Assembly (NCBI GenBank): GCA_964016885.1
Contig: OZ024742.1
Coordinates: 312,976,001-313,040,000 of the forward strand
From: Eledone cirrhosa
Lineage: Eukaryota
Direction: 5' to 3'
Length of the DNA stretch: 64,000 nucleotides
In this document: in pieces, positions 14,262-29,241 of the stretch
How the letters are laid out: every line of letters starts with the position of its first letter
Numbering within the stretch: the stretch's first letter is position 1
Notes under the pieces: generated by a model
What the model was told of the DNA's origin: nothing
What the model saw: only the letters and a program-made list of their open reading frames with translations
Databases searched by the model: none
Position numbers and translations under genes: made by a program

Positions 14262-15117
14262 TAATAAAAAATTGAACAGGGACAGAACAGAGAGGCAGTA
14301 CGACAAATGTTTATTAGATTCACGCTCAGGAGAGTGGGGGGTAGGTGGAGGACGACGTTTTGGGCATAAGCCCTTCTTCAGGTAAGAGTTCAAAAGGTGT
14401 GTAGGGGAGTGGTGGAGAGACATATAGCGAAAGGAAACGGTGCGAATGAAAAATTAACAAATAAAGACAAAAATATAATAAATAATAAATAAAAATAAAG
14501 CATGATCAAAATACAAGGAATGAGAACATTTAAAAATAAAGGCATGATCAAAATAAACTGAAATTAAAAGGGGGGTAAACAGGTGGTGGAAGGGTGTGGG
14601 GTGAGTAGAGGTGGAGGCGGGTGGAGTGGGGAGAGGGAGACGGGGTGTCCGAGCGGGGAGGGCTGAAGGTGGTGTGTGTGGTTAGGTGTGCGTGTGTGTA
14701 TGTGAAAGTGAGGGTTGGGGAAGAACGGGGTTGCATGTTCAGGAAGGTGTGTGTGGGGGGTGTTTTTGTGTGTCGGAGGGTCTGTGCGTGTGTGGATAGG
14801 GGGTGGGGGGGAGAGGAATCAGGGGCTGAGGGTGTAAATATGTGGTGGGAAGGACGTGTGTGTGGTTTAAGCGTGTTGTGGGTGTGGGTGGCGTGTGGAT
14901 AAAAAAATTTGTTTTGGGATGTGTGTGTGGGTGAGTTATATAGGTGATGGTGTTAGAGGATGGTTGAAAAGTGGTAAGTTACACGGATGTATGGAGATTT
15001 TGGTTGGAAGTCAAAACGCGTGTGGGTAATCCAAGAAGCGGTGGTCGGAAGAGGAGAGATGTGGGTGCGCGCGCAACAGGAAGTGGTCAGCAGTGGGAGT
15101 GCTGTGGTCAGTGGGTG

Positions 15118-15120
<3 letters not shown>
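14262..15120 (-). mobile_element. Probable PLE 3' non-coding region with degenerate HHR core
   Basis: Between (TA)n tracts; minus strand 14351-14382 reads CTGAAGA-aGGGC ttat GCCC-AAAA-cgtcGTC (G12A). Confidence 0.45.
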
Positions 15121-15179
<59 letters not shown>

Positions 15180-15190
15180 ATATATATATA

Positions 15191-15355
<165 letters not shown>

Positions 15356-15388
15356 GTGTACATATATATATATATGTATATATATATG

Positions 15389-15503
<115 letters not shown>

Positions 15504-15587
15504 GTATATATGTATGTGTAAACCAATATATATATATATATGTATATATGTATGTGTAAACCCATATATATATATATATATATATAT

Positions 15588-16246
15588 AGTAATAATAATA
15601 AATTTGAAGACTAAAATCCAAAGAGGGCTCGATAAGGATAAATATATATCTAATATATAAGAACTGTAGAGCAAATATTTATTAAAATAACAGATTAAAG
15701 TTTAAGCAAAGAATCGCTGCTTTCACCCTTAACGGGATCTTCTAAAACTTGTGAACGCAGAACTGTATTGTATTTATTTACTTTGTTCTTAACTCCGTAG
15801 CGGAGATTCATTCAGTCTCCTAGTTAGAATTTAGTCTACGACTTCTGCTATACCATTTACGTGGTTTTGTCTTTGCGTGCTATTGTTCTCCACGCTCCAC
15901 ATATGACGTATTATCTTCGTTTTTTTCGTTCATTGCCAGAGAACGTCTCTATCCACCACCTAAGAGAACATTAGTCTACGACCTCTTTTATACCATAAAC
16001 GTGGTTCTGTCTTTACGCGTAATTGTTTTTCACCGCTCCTATTAATGACGTATTATATTCGTTTTTTCCCGTTCTTAGCCAGCGAACGTTTCCACGAAAC
16101 AAAGTATCGTCTTCCTGTCTTCCTCCGGTTGCAACGTTTTTTGAAATATCCAGTTCTGCGTTTACAGATTGACTTTGTTAGTTTCAGAAGATCCCGTTAA
16201 GGGTGAAAGCAGCGATTCTTTGCTTAAACTTTAATCTGTTATTTTA

Positions 16247-16253
<7 letters not shown>
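15588..16253 (+). mobile_element. Family B non-coding element: inverted 3' end followed by ~500-bp body containing a ~140-bp internal dimer and an HHR-like motif
   Basis: 15676-15750 is the reverse complement of 16180-16253; body matches 48441-48938. Confidence 0.8.
16180..16230 (+). ncRNA. Hammerhead-like motif, U4A variant with 5-bp helix III (family B)
   Basis: AGTTT-CAGAAGA-tCCC gttaa GGGt-GAAA-GCAG cgattct TTGC-TT-AAACT. Confidence 0.6.
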
Positions 16254-16318
<65 letters not shown>

Positions 16319-16513
16319 AGATAAATCTACCAAGAGTTTACGGTAGTGTCCAATCCGTATGAAGAACTCAATGTAATCCGGATATCATGGAAAGAAGAGA
16401 TGCAATGAAAAATCACTTTCGGTGAAAGATAAACGGAATACAGAGTCAAGATAAAATATTAAAAAAATAATGAATAAAACAATGAAACAGTTCCTTATAT
16501 TAAACAAAAAAAG

Positions 16514-16667
16514 TTCATTATTTAACGATCGTTTCTAGGATATATATGTGTTAGAATTGGCATGCATATTCAACAGATCTATGTACAAAATTATACAAAA
16601 TTATACAAACTATCAAAATTAAATATACATACCAACACATATATATGCCGTCTTCAGAAATAATGAA
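16514..16667 (-). ncRNA. Hammerhead ribozyme with extended helix II (left-arm copy)
   Basis: Reverse complement of 23087-23240. Confidence 0.75.
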
Positions 16668-17258
16668 ATATATTTATTGATAATAACAACAATTCAAAAT
16701 TACAGGTCTGTTTGGGAACAGAGTTCAAATTGACCAATGAAAACACAAAAAGTTTATACAGTTAGGTGTGTGTATATATGTAAGTAACTTCGTTCAGAGA
16801 TATGCATAAAAATATATGTTCACATGCATACGCATGCCGAAAAGATGTATGTAAATACAAAAATTCAGGGCTAATGTCTCTGTATGTTTATAATCTACAG
16901 ATAAAATACATATACGCATATAAACATATAAATATAAAAATAAATATATACACATTCATATACTCACACATATACACACATTCACACACACACACGCGCG
17001 TATACGCATAAACATACACACAACCACGAACATACATACACACACACACACCCCCACACACATATATGTGTATATACTATTATCATAAGCATATGGACAT
17101 TAATGCGCGCACATAAACACTGCCACACATATTTAGATCCAGATACAGAAAGTAGGTGGGGGGGGGGTCAGTATTTACTGGTGTCAGCAAACTGCCTATT
17201 TATAAATGTATCTATAAATTTAGAAATAAAAAGAAAAAGAAAAAAGAAAAATATTAAG

Positions 17259-17294
<36 letters not shown>

Positions 17295-17574
17295 CATATA
17301 CATACACATATACATAAACACATACATACACATACATATATATACACACACCATATATATACACATACACATACACACACGCATACATATAGAGACACAT
17401 ACATATACACATATAAATACATAGACATATACATATATACACATATATATATATATACACACATACATATATACATACATTCACAACACACATATATATA
17501 TATATATATATATACATATATCTATACACATATATAAACACACTCATGTATATACACATATACACATACATACC

Positions 17575-17651
<77 letters not shown>

Positions 17652-17712
17652 ACACACACATATACACATACACATATACAAAGATATATATATATATACA
17701 TACACATATATA

Positions 17713-17761
<49 letters not shown>

Positions 17762-17975
17762 TATATATATACATACATATATACACATACTCATACATAG
17801 ACATACATATATACACACACACATACACACATACATATAGGCATATATACACATACATACACATCCATGTATGCGTATACACATATATACACATACACAC
17901 ATATACACATAGACGTATATATGCGCATACATATACATACACACATATACCCACATAAATACATAGATACATATA

Positions 17976-18045
<70 letters not shown>

Positions 18046-18696
18046 ATCATACACCCTTATTTACATGCGCACATATGTATTTTTATACTCACATACAAAC
18101 ACCCAAACATACATACCTACCTACATATACATACATACATCCACGCTTACAAATACAAATAATAATAGGGGGGGGAGGGGATTATAGTAAATATAGGTTT
18201 CAAGAAACATAGAATATTAATCTGCATTTAGATCATATGTGTTTACATAGTAGTTTCAGTATTAGGAAATGTAAGAAAGAAGGCAAAATTATGCATTTTA
18301 ATATAAGTAGACTATTAATTATAGGTTAACTAAATTAAAGATAGTTAATATATTGATTTCTAAGGTGTATACTACTTAGGTTTATAATATTTGAAGCGGA
18401 ATTTTGAAGTTAAATAGTAGTAGAGTATTAATTATAGTATAACTAAATTAAAATTATTAACGTTATGGTATCAATATTAGGAAATGAATATAGTAATAGG
18501 GAAAAAAACCAAATAAAGTATTACATCGGTAGTAGAATATAAATTATAGGTTAACTAAATTAAAAATTATATATTAATTTCTATAGTATATGTTAATTAG
18601 GTTTATAATAATTAAAACAGATATTGTATTTTATCTATAGTAGAATATAATTATAGGTAAACAAAAATTAAAATTAATATATACACATATATATAT

Positions 18697-18762
<66 letters not shown>

Positions 18763-19230
18763 TTTTTCAAAAATTGCAAAGAATATATTAACTAGGTATA
18801 CATCCAAAACCTATCTCAGTCTATGATTACATGACACTCTGCAATCCATCTGTATTAGGATTTTAATTTTAAGCCAATTAAATTAAATTTTTAAATTTTT
18901 AGGTTAACCAAATTAAAACTAAATTATAAATATATTTCTAAATTGTACATTAATTAGGTCTATAATATTAAAAAATATTTCTCTGTCATTGAATACACGA
19001 TATTTTGTTATATTTTATCTGTAAAGGAATTTTAATAAAAGGTTAAATAAATTACAATTAATCTATAAATTAATTTACAAAGTATATATTAGTAATATTT
19101 AAAAGTTTTTCACAATTTATGATTACACAATATTTTATAATCTCATCTGTAGTAGAATTTTAATTAAATTAAATTTATAGGTTAACTAACATTTAAATTA
19201 AATTATATATTAATTTCTAAAATAATGTTA

Positions 19231-19859
19231 TTAATTAGGTTTATAATATTTAAATGTTTTTCTTAGTTTATGATTACACGATATAATTAATTCCTGTCGT
19301 TTATTTAATAGGATATCCTTAGATTTCATTATTTCAAATAGTTCTTGGGAACATAATCTACATTCATTTCTATTATTTTGATAAGGGGTGGCTCTTTTGA
19401 GCACACTCCAGGTCATATCATATTCTATATTCTTATCTTTATAACTATTGATTTTTTCTGCTAGAGATGTTGTATTAGCCAGTGCGGCATTTTTAAAACT
19501 ATGTTTGTGGGTATTAAACCTTACCTTAAAATTGTTAGAAGTAGCTCCTATATATGAGCAAATAGAATCTTTAGTTTTAACATTACATTTATAAACTATG
19601 TTGTTAACAAGACAATTTCCTTTTAATGGGCAGTTTGCTTTGTTTCTACAGTTACAACCTTTCGTTAATTCTGTATTTGAGGAGATATTATGGTTAGTTT
19701 GATGTATTGGTGGTATACTTATGGTATTCTTACATTTATATGCATTATAGGCACTTATATTTTGTTTTATGTTATTGGTTGTTGAGTATGAGAATTTAAC
19801 TGTAGACCTATTTAAGATTTGATGGTATTTGTGGTTTGGCGGGAAGTTTTTCTCTAGAG
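19231..19859 (-). pseudogene. GIY-YIG endonuclease domain of a Hydra-like PLE
   Basis: CNCRNKANCPLKGNCL, IVYKC...YIGAT...FKVRFNTH, CRLC, LNKRQELIISCNH; open frame but cut at the 5' end by the inversion. Confidence 0.88.
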
Positions 19860-20366
19860 AAACTAAGAAAAACATTTAAATATTATAAACCTAATTAATA
19901 ACATTATTTTAGAAATTAATATATAATTTAATTTAAATGTTAGTTAACCTATAAATTTAATTTAATTAAAATTCTACTACAGATGAGATTATAAAATATT
20001 GTGTAATCATAAATTGTGAAAAACTTTTAAATATTACTAATATATACTTTGTAAATTAATTTATAGATTAATTGTAATTTATTTAACCTTTTATTAAAAT
20101 TCCTTTACAGATAAAATATAACAAAATATCGTGTATTCAATGACAGAGAAATATTTTTTAATATTATAGACCTAATTAATGTACAATTTAGAAATATATT
20201 TATAATTTAGTTTTAATTTGGTTAACCTAAAAATTTAAAAATTTAATTTAATTGGCTTAAAATTAAAATCCTAATACAGATGGATTGCAGAGTGTCATGT
20301 AATCATAGACTGAGATAGGTTTTGGATGTATACCTAGTTAATATATGCTTTGCAATTTTTGAAAAA

Positions 20367-20418
<52 letters not shown>

Positions 20419-21071
20419 ATATATATATGTGTATATATTAATTTTAATTTTTGTTTACCTATAATTATATTCTACTATAGATAAAATACAATATCTGTTT
20501 TAATTATTATAAACCTAATTAACATATACTATAGAAATTAATATATAATTTTTAATTTAGTTAACCTATAATTTATATTCTACTACCGATGTAATACTTT
20601 ATTTGGTTTTTTTCCCTATTACTAAATTCATTTCCTAATATTGATACCATAACGTTAATAATTTTAATTTAGTTATACTATAATTAATACTCTACTACTA
20701 TTTAACTTCAAAATTCCGCTTCAAATATTATAAACCTAAGTAGTATACACCTTAGAAATCAATATATTAACTATCTTTAATTTAGTTAACCTATAATTAA
20801 TAGTCTACTTATATTAAAATGCATAATGTTGCCTTCTTTCTTAGATTTCCTAATACTGAAACTACTATGTAAACACATATGATCTAAATGCAGATTAATA
20901 TTCTATGTTTCTTGAAACCTATATTTACTATAATCCCCCCCCCCCCTATTATTATTTGTATTTGTAAGCGTGGATGTATGTATGTATATGTAGGTAGGTA
21001 TGTATGTTTGGGTGTTTGTATGTGAGTATAAAAATACATATGTGCGCATGTAAATAAGGGTGTATGATTGC

Positions 21072-21164
<93 letters not shown>

Positions 21165-21283
21165 TATATGTATCTATGTATTTATGTGGGTATATGTGTG
21201 TATGTATATGTATGCGCATATATACGTCTATGTGTATATGTGTGTATGTGTATATATGTACGTATATGCGCATGTATATGTGA

Positions 21284-21341
<58 letters not shown>

Positions 21342-21383
21342 TTGTAGTTGATGTGTGTATGTGTATATATATATGTATGTATG

Positions 21384-21442
<59 letters not shown>

Positions 21443-21534
21443 ATATATATGTATATGTATGTGTGTGCATATTTGTCTGACTGTGTGTATTAATTAATTT
21501 ATTTATTTATCTCTTTTATTTCTTTATTTTTATA

Positions 21535-21597
<63 letters not shown>

Positions 21598-21893
21598 GTG
21601 TGTGTATATATATGTATGTATGTATGTGTGTGTATGTATATGTGTGTGTGTGTGTATGTGTGTATATATTTATATGTGTATATATATCTCTATTTATATA
21701 TGTATATATGTGTATGTATATCCCTTTATTTATGTATGTCTGAGTTGTGTGAGCGTGTGGTTGTGTTTGTATGTGTATACGCATACATGGATGTGTATGT
21801 ATGTGTATATATGCGTATATGTATGTGTGTATGTGTGTGTGTATATATGTATGTCTATGTATGAGTATGTATATATATGTATGTATATATATA

Positions 21894-21950
<57 letters not shown>

Positions 21951-22010
21951 TATATATGTGTGTGTATATATATATATCTTTGTATATGTGTATGTGTATA
22001 TGTGTGTGTG

Positions 22011-22086
<76 letters not shown>

Positions 22087-22328
22087 GGTATGTATGTGTA
22101 TATGTGTATATACATGAATGTGTTTATATATGTGTGTTGTGAATGTATGTATATATGTATGTGTGTATATATATATATATGTGTATATATGTATATGTCT
22201 ATGTATTTATATGTGTATATGTATGTGTCTCTATATGTATGCGTGTGTGTATGTGTATGTGTATATATATGGTGTGTGTATGTATATGTATGTGTATGTA
22301 TGTGTTTATGTATATGTGTATGTATATG

Positions 22329-22405
<77 letters not shown>

Positions 22406-22429
22406 CGATGTATATTTTATATTTTACTT

Positions 22430-22470
<41 letters not shown>

Positions 22471-23086
22471 CTTAATATTTTTCTTTTTTCTTTTTCTTTT
22501 TCTTTTTCTTTTTCTTTTTCTTTTTATTTCTAAATTTATAGATACATTTATAAATAGGCAGTTTGCTGACACCAGTAAATACTGACCTCTCCCCCCCCCC
22601 ACCTACTTTCTGTATCTGGATCTAAATATGTGTGGCAGTGTTTATGTGCGCGCATTAATGTCCATATGCTTATGATAATAGTATATACACATATATGTGT
22701 GTGGGGGTGTGTGTGTGTATGTATGTTCGTGGTTGTGTGTATGTTTATGCGTATACGCGCGTGTGTGTGTGAATGTGTGTATATGTGTGAGTATATGAAT
22801 GTGTATATATTTATTTTTATATTTATATGTTTATATGCGTATATGTATTTTATCTGTAGATTATAAACATACAGAGACATTAGCCCTGAATTTTTGTATT
22901 TACATACATCTTTTCGGCATGCGTATGCATGTGAACATATATTTTTATGCATATCTGTGAACGAAGTTACTTACATATATACACACACCTAACTGTATAA
23001 ACTTTTTGTGTTTTCATTGGTCAATTTGAACTCTGTTCCCAAACAGACCTGTAATTTTGAATTGTTGTTATTATCAATAAATATAT

Positions 23087-23240
23087 TTCATTATTTCTGA
23101 AGACGGCATATATATGTGTTGGTATGTATATTTAATTTTGATAGTTTGTATAATTTTGTATAATTTTGTACATAGATCTGTTGAATATGCATGCCAATTC
23201 TAACACATATATATCCTAGAAACGATCGTTAAATAATGAA
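23087..23240 (+). ncRNA. Hammerhead ribozyme with 115-nt extended helix II
   Basis: TTCATTATTT-CTGAAGA-[long hairpin]-GAAAC-GATC-GTT-AAATAATGAA; 10-bp helix I. Confidence 0.78.
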
Positions 23241-23293
23241 CTTTTTTGTTTAATATAAGGAACTGTTTCATTGTTTTATTCATTATTTTTTTA

Positions 23294-23404
<111 letters not shown>

Positions 23405-23428
23405 GTATATATATGTATGTGTAAACCC

Positions 23429-23460
<32 letters not shown>

Positions 23461-24404
23461 GTAAACCCATATATTTATATATATGTATGTGTATACACAT
23501 ATATTTACATATATATATATGTATATATATATAGGTATTAAGTTGTTAAACAATATTCGATCATTATGTATAAAATTTATACATATGTATAATTGGGTGT
23601 AAATGTACTAATTATTCTTCAACCAAGATATCAACATATTATTAGATATAGAGATGTATATATATAGATATATATTAGGTATTATTAATGTAGTATACTT
23701 TAGGTAAATGATAACATTTATACTCTTAACAACGTGTCACATTTAAATATATATATACATACGTATAAGAAAAACGAACAATGAGTGCATGTATAAAGTT
23801 CAAATTAATGTCTATAATAATTTTTAGTTTGGATATTTTCTCTATATTTGAATCATGTATATAGAAGTATGGTAGGTATATTTTAAAATATATAAAATAC
23901 AATATATAACTACATATATATTATAAAACATTATATTATAAATAAATAAATAAGAGATCGAAAGAACAGCGAAAAATTCACATTTATATATAAGTTTGAA
24001 TCCGTCTCAAATTTAGATTTTATAGTGAAGTAAGTATATTTAAAAGAAATATATGCTATATTATACTATAAATAATAGATCAAAAAGTCATTAAACATTT
24101 GGAGTTATAAATAAGTTTCATTAAAAATTTTGGATTGGGTATTAAAACTAAAATTTAAAAGAGATTACAAATGTATTAAAAATTCACAGTTAAATAAATT
24201 CAATAGATATGTAAGGATTATTATGTAATGTACTAAATTATAGATAAATGATGGTGTTGATCAAAGTTAACAAATAAAGTTGTGTGTATCAATGTTTAGG
24301 CATGCTAATTGAAATATTGTCATTCATTCTAACGTTGTTTTTTCTATAGATATTTATAAAATAATGCAATATTAAAGGCCATTGATGTTTTTTACTGTTG
24401 ATTA

Positions 24405-26105
24405 TATATTCCTGGTAACCGATTTGTTATTGGTTCTTTCTTTCTCGTTTTATGTGAGGCTAAAAAAGTGGACATAGCTTTATGGAGGCAATTAGAGAAT
24501 AATTCACTTTTTTTTGTTAATTAAGGTCTCATAATTATTAATAATCAACATTATAATAATCAACATTATAATAATCAACATTAATAATCAACATTGTACA
24601 GAGCGGGCAGTTATTTGATATACTAGAGTTGCGGTAAATTCCACAGTTCCGAAGTTTTGTCCAAAGAATGGAGTATTCCAGATTCTTCTCTTTTAAAGAC
24701 CATATGAGCTGTGATAAAGACGTGGATGATTTCTTCTTAGAGTTCGAGAATGAGCATTTATGGTTCGCGAAACGAAGTTTGAATGTGGACGAGGTTGATC
24801 CAATGTAATTGTATGTTTTATGGTCAGTTTTTACGGTGCATTTATAAACCAAATTACTATCTAAACAATTATTTTGCAAAGGGCAATTACTTTTATTTCT
24901 ACAATTACAATTTGGTTTAGTATCATTAATGTTAACTCTATTATTATGATTATTATGTTGGTTTGGTTTTAGGATTTTGGCGTTTAATTTGGCGATGTTT
25001 TGGGCCATGTTACTGGTTGTAGAATTTGCGAATTTAATGGTATGTCTATTAAAAATGGAATGGTATTTATGTTGAGTAGGGAAAGAGGTCTCAAGAGCTT
25101 TAAAGAATAGTTTTGCAATTGGTGTTTTAACTGCGACCGAAGCTGGGGTGCAAACCATATGACAGGTTTAGATCTAGTTCGTATTCTCGATTTATTTAGC
25201 GTATGTGTGTTTGAGTTATAGTTATTAGAGTTATTCTTATATGTGTTATAATTTTTATTATTATTATTAGGAATAATACTTGGATTGTTATTATCTACAT
25301 ATTCTATATTATTCATATATCCTGCTCTTTTTAAAGCGTTGTTGTAATATTCCGCATTTTTATCAAATATATCTTTATTAGCTGATATTTTATTAATACG
25401 TTTTTGCACACTATTTACTATAGCTTTTTTTTACAGATCTAGGGTGATTTGAATAGTTACTAACATAGTTTAAGTTTCCATTAGGTTTATGAAAAGGGTA
25501 AGAGAAGCCAGTGTTTAAGTTAAAGGTAACGTCAAGGAAATTTACTATTTTGGTACCATTTTCTACTTCTAATTTAAGGTCCTGCGTTTTAAAGAATTCT
25601 ATTATACTTTTCTTAACTCTATTTAATTCTATATTATTGTGTTTGACCACCGTAAATAAAATGTCGTCGCTATATAAACCACCGGTAATCTCCGGCAGTT
25701 TTCTATTTATCATGTTTAATATGAAAATTCCCAGAAGATCTGTGATTTGCGCAGAATCAGATGCCCCCATAGTGATATCAAAGTTTCCATCTCTATCTGA
25801 GCGTGTCCAAAATTCGTTATTGAAGTTAATGAGAGTTCTTCTAGCTGTTAAAATTATATCTATTTCATTTGTGGTTAGATCGGTATGCTTATAAGCATAT
25901 GAGAGGGCCTTATTTAGAAGTTTAGGTGTTATCGAGGAATAGTAGCTAGTAATATCCATCTGGATGAATTTATAGCTTTTCTTGTCTTCAATGTTTTTGT
26001 ACCATTCAATGATCTCGTTTGTATCTTTCCATAAGCTCAAACTAGATCTCAATTTAAGATTGGGTAATATTCTATCTATGATGTTTTTACTGATTACTCC
26101 TATAT
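24405..26105 (-). pseudogene. Frameshifted Hydra-like PLE RT plus GIY-YIG
   Basis: FIQMDITSYYSSIT, DITMGASDSAQITDL, GLYSDD, VNFLDVT, PFHKPN, SNHP; CNCRNKSNCPLQNNCL, LVYKC, YIGST, CPLC, INKKSELFSNCLH; at least two frameshifts and a short tandem expansion at 24540-24595. Confidence 0.9.
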
Positions 26106-26202
26106 CCGTATGTATATAGGAGTATATATACACACACACACACACATATATATATATAAAGAATATTTTCGAAACAGTGGGCAGGTCTGAAACTATTATA
26201 AA

Positions 26203-26308
26203 TGTAAGCTATCGCCGTATTTTGACTGAAGAAATTAAAGAAATTATTTAACCCCACTGTCAGGCTAAATAATTTCTTTAATTTCTTTAGTCAAAATACG
26301 GTGATAGC

Positions 26309-26314
<6 letters not shown>
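26203..26314. repeat. ~48-bp-arm hairpin, likely a tiny inverted pLTR end
   Basis: tgtaagctatcgccg...aattattta / taaataatt...cggtgatagcttaca. Confidence 0.7.
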
Positions 26315-26390
<76 letters not shown>

Positions 26391-26395
<5 letters not shown>

Positions 26396-27410
26396 TAAAC
26401 GGAAAAGAAAATGCTGACAAATTGTTCCCAGTGAAAAATAGTTTAATTAGGAATAAGTAAAAATTAGTAATAGTTTGGTTAGTATTCAGTTTTGGTTTTA
26501 AGTTTTACCGGTTGCGCATTTCTAATGCTTTTCAAAAATAATTTTGAGATAGAGCGCCCGTGATGTTTGCTCTAATCTGATTAGTTTTGGAAATTCTACC
26601 TGTTTTATGTGAAAAAAGTGGCTCCAGATGTATTAAAATAAGTTTCGCGCCAATTCATGTTGCAAAAATTCTTGTGGTCAAAACAATTTTGATTGGTCGG
26701 TAGAGGTCATGTGAATGTTAAAAATTGATTTTGCGCCAAATGTAGGTTTGTGTCGGCTGATTGAGAAGTCACTGAAAAATAAGTCTTTCAAAACAAATGT
26801 GTGTGTAGTAGTAGTAAAGAGGTTCGTTGTTGTGATAATGGTCAGCAGGGATGTGTGTGCGAACCGCAGCCTGTTGACAGTTCAAATGCCTATTAAGACA
26901 AGTTGTGTGTGTGTAGCAGAGTAATTCGTGGAAGAGGGATGGTCAGTAGGAATGTGTCTGCACGTGTGTGGGGGATATTTTAACATGTTAAAAGATATTT
27001 TTCAGCTCTAGTCTTATAGGGAGAAGTGTGTGTGTGTGTGTATGTCTCTTTGTATGTTAATGTACGCGTGTGTATGTGTGTGTATATGTGTGTGTAGGTG
27101 GACCAGTATTTTTGTGATACTGGTAAAAATGGTGTACATTATTCGATATTTTCAGTAAAAACGATTCTCTCAATAGAACATCAAAAACCTTAATAATAAA
27201 AGGCGTGAAATGATATATAGTATTGGCATAATACCAAGGTGTGTGTGAGTCTCCAGATTGTACGCACTGCAAGGGGAATCCATTAGGCCTTTACTTATTC
27301 CTAATTAAACTTATTCCTAATTAAACTATTTTTCACTGGGAACAATTTGTCAGCATTTTCTTTTCCGTTTACCAATATATCATAACTCGTGTGTTACACC
27401 TCTATTCTTT

Positions 27411-27415
<5 letters not shown>
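26391..27415 (-). mobile_element. Neptune-like pLTR with inverted terminal copy, related to the element at 151-2870
   Basis: 26391-26460 is the reverse complement of about 27310-27376; shares tggcgcgaaa and gagccacttttt motifs; HHR-like TTGAAAA-GCAT tagaa ATGC-GCAA-CCGG-TA at 26503-26538 (-). Confidence 0.7.
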
Positions 27416-27472
<57 letters not shown>

Positions 27473-27639
27473 TATATATATAGAGAGAGAGACAGAGAGA
27501 TATATATACATACATACATACGCATATATCTGTGTATGAACGAATACAAATCATATATTGACTAAATGATGCACAATACAGAGATGTTTGTTTATATATT
27601 TATACATATATGTACATATGTAAACATTAGTACATCAGC

Positions 27640-28440
27640 TGGAATTAACAGATAACATGTACTACTTAACTCGTCAGAAGGTGATCTCCAACATGCACTG
27701 AATAGGTTTCCTGTCGGATGCTGTATGCCAGGATTGAAAATTAGTGCTGTAAAAACTGAGACGCGCATTCTCTCAAAGAAGCATGCACGGTGCACTCTAC
27801 AAGTGAGTGGAGTTCAACTGAAGCAGGTGGAGAACTTCAAGTATTTTGGGTTCATGTTTATGCAATGGAAGGCAGGAGGCTGAATTATGTGTATATTGCA
27901 GGAGCTGGTGCAGAAATGCACCAGCTTCAGCCTTCGATCATTAGAAAAAGGGAGGTTGGGGTAAATGCCAAACTTGCTATCTTCAGTTTGGTATTCGTGT
28001 TTAACCCTTACCTATGTTCATGAATCTTGGGTAATTACCAAAAGAATATGATCGTGAATACAAGTGGCTGAAATGGGAATCCTCTGAAAGGTCTTTAGAG
28101 TAACATTATTCAATAGTCTGCGTAGCTCAGAGATCAAAGTCGCTCCAGGTAGAGCTGCTACTTTTCCAAATTGAGAGATCACAGATCTGATTTCATGTAG
28201 TCAGAATATATAAGGAAATAATTGTGGGTCAGATTTTAAGGGCAAAACCAGCTGCAGGAGACTCAGGAATAGAGCCTAAGCAAGATATTTGGATAACATC
28301 CATGAGCTTGGTCAGTCTTACATGGAAATCCAACCAGATAAATTGGAAATGGTTACTTTTGGAAGGACCTACTGGAAAGCATGCTTGAGGACTCTGTCTC
28401 TACGGCCCTCACAGGAATAAATGGGTAAAGAATAAGAATA
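27640..28440 (+). pseudogene. Degraded RTE-clade LINE, RT 3' region
   Basis: SSEGDLQHALNRF...GLKISAVKTE...LKQVENFKYFG...AKLAIF...HESWV...IQVAEMG, with stops and frameshifts. Confidence 0.75.
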
Positions 28441-28691
28441 AGATATACATATGTATGTATGATGGTCATATCCATCTCCCTGCTACCCAGGGTTGGATGG
28501 GTCTTCATTAACTGTGTCAGTACACAACCAGGATCACTAATCTGTCAGATGAGCAGGGGGGCTGCATTGTTCTTACAGTGCCGCACTGTACTGAGTGCAT
28601 TTCATCATGACACCAACACTAGGAAGGTTGCATTCCTTTTGAGACAGTTGAAAGTAAGTATATATATGTGTATATCTATCTATTAATTAGT

Positions 28692-28734
<43 letters not shown>

Positions 28735-29241
28735 ACTCTGTATGTGTGTGTGTGTGTGTGCATGCACCCATACATTCCATTCTTGACATGGTTTCTACTG
28801 CCAAATGTCCTTCCTAATAGCGCATTTTATCATGGCACCAACAGTAGAGAGGTCGTTGTGACCTTTGTCAACATGTATATAAACTTGACTAACAAAATGT
28901 TTGAGTTAAAGCTGAAAGTTGTTAAATCTGCACATATCAACCAACAGACTTAAAGGATAGGCTTATGTATATCTGAAACACCACACCTTAAAAGAAAACA
29001 GAAAAATCTGTTAGCCTTTTTTATTGTTTTGAGAGAAAAAATGATTCTGATGATAACGATAATCTCTCTCCACCCCTCCCTCATTTTTCTAAGCATGATG
29101 CTGGCCCCTGGCTTGCTCAAACATCCTGGACAGTGCAGAAACATCTGAGAGGTTAGTAACCCTGCATGAATAATGATTTGGTCTGTGGTGGTCCCTTCAA
29201 TCCTTGCTAGCAGGGAAAAATAGATGATGATGATATATATA

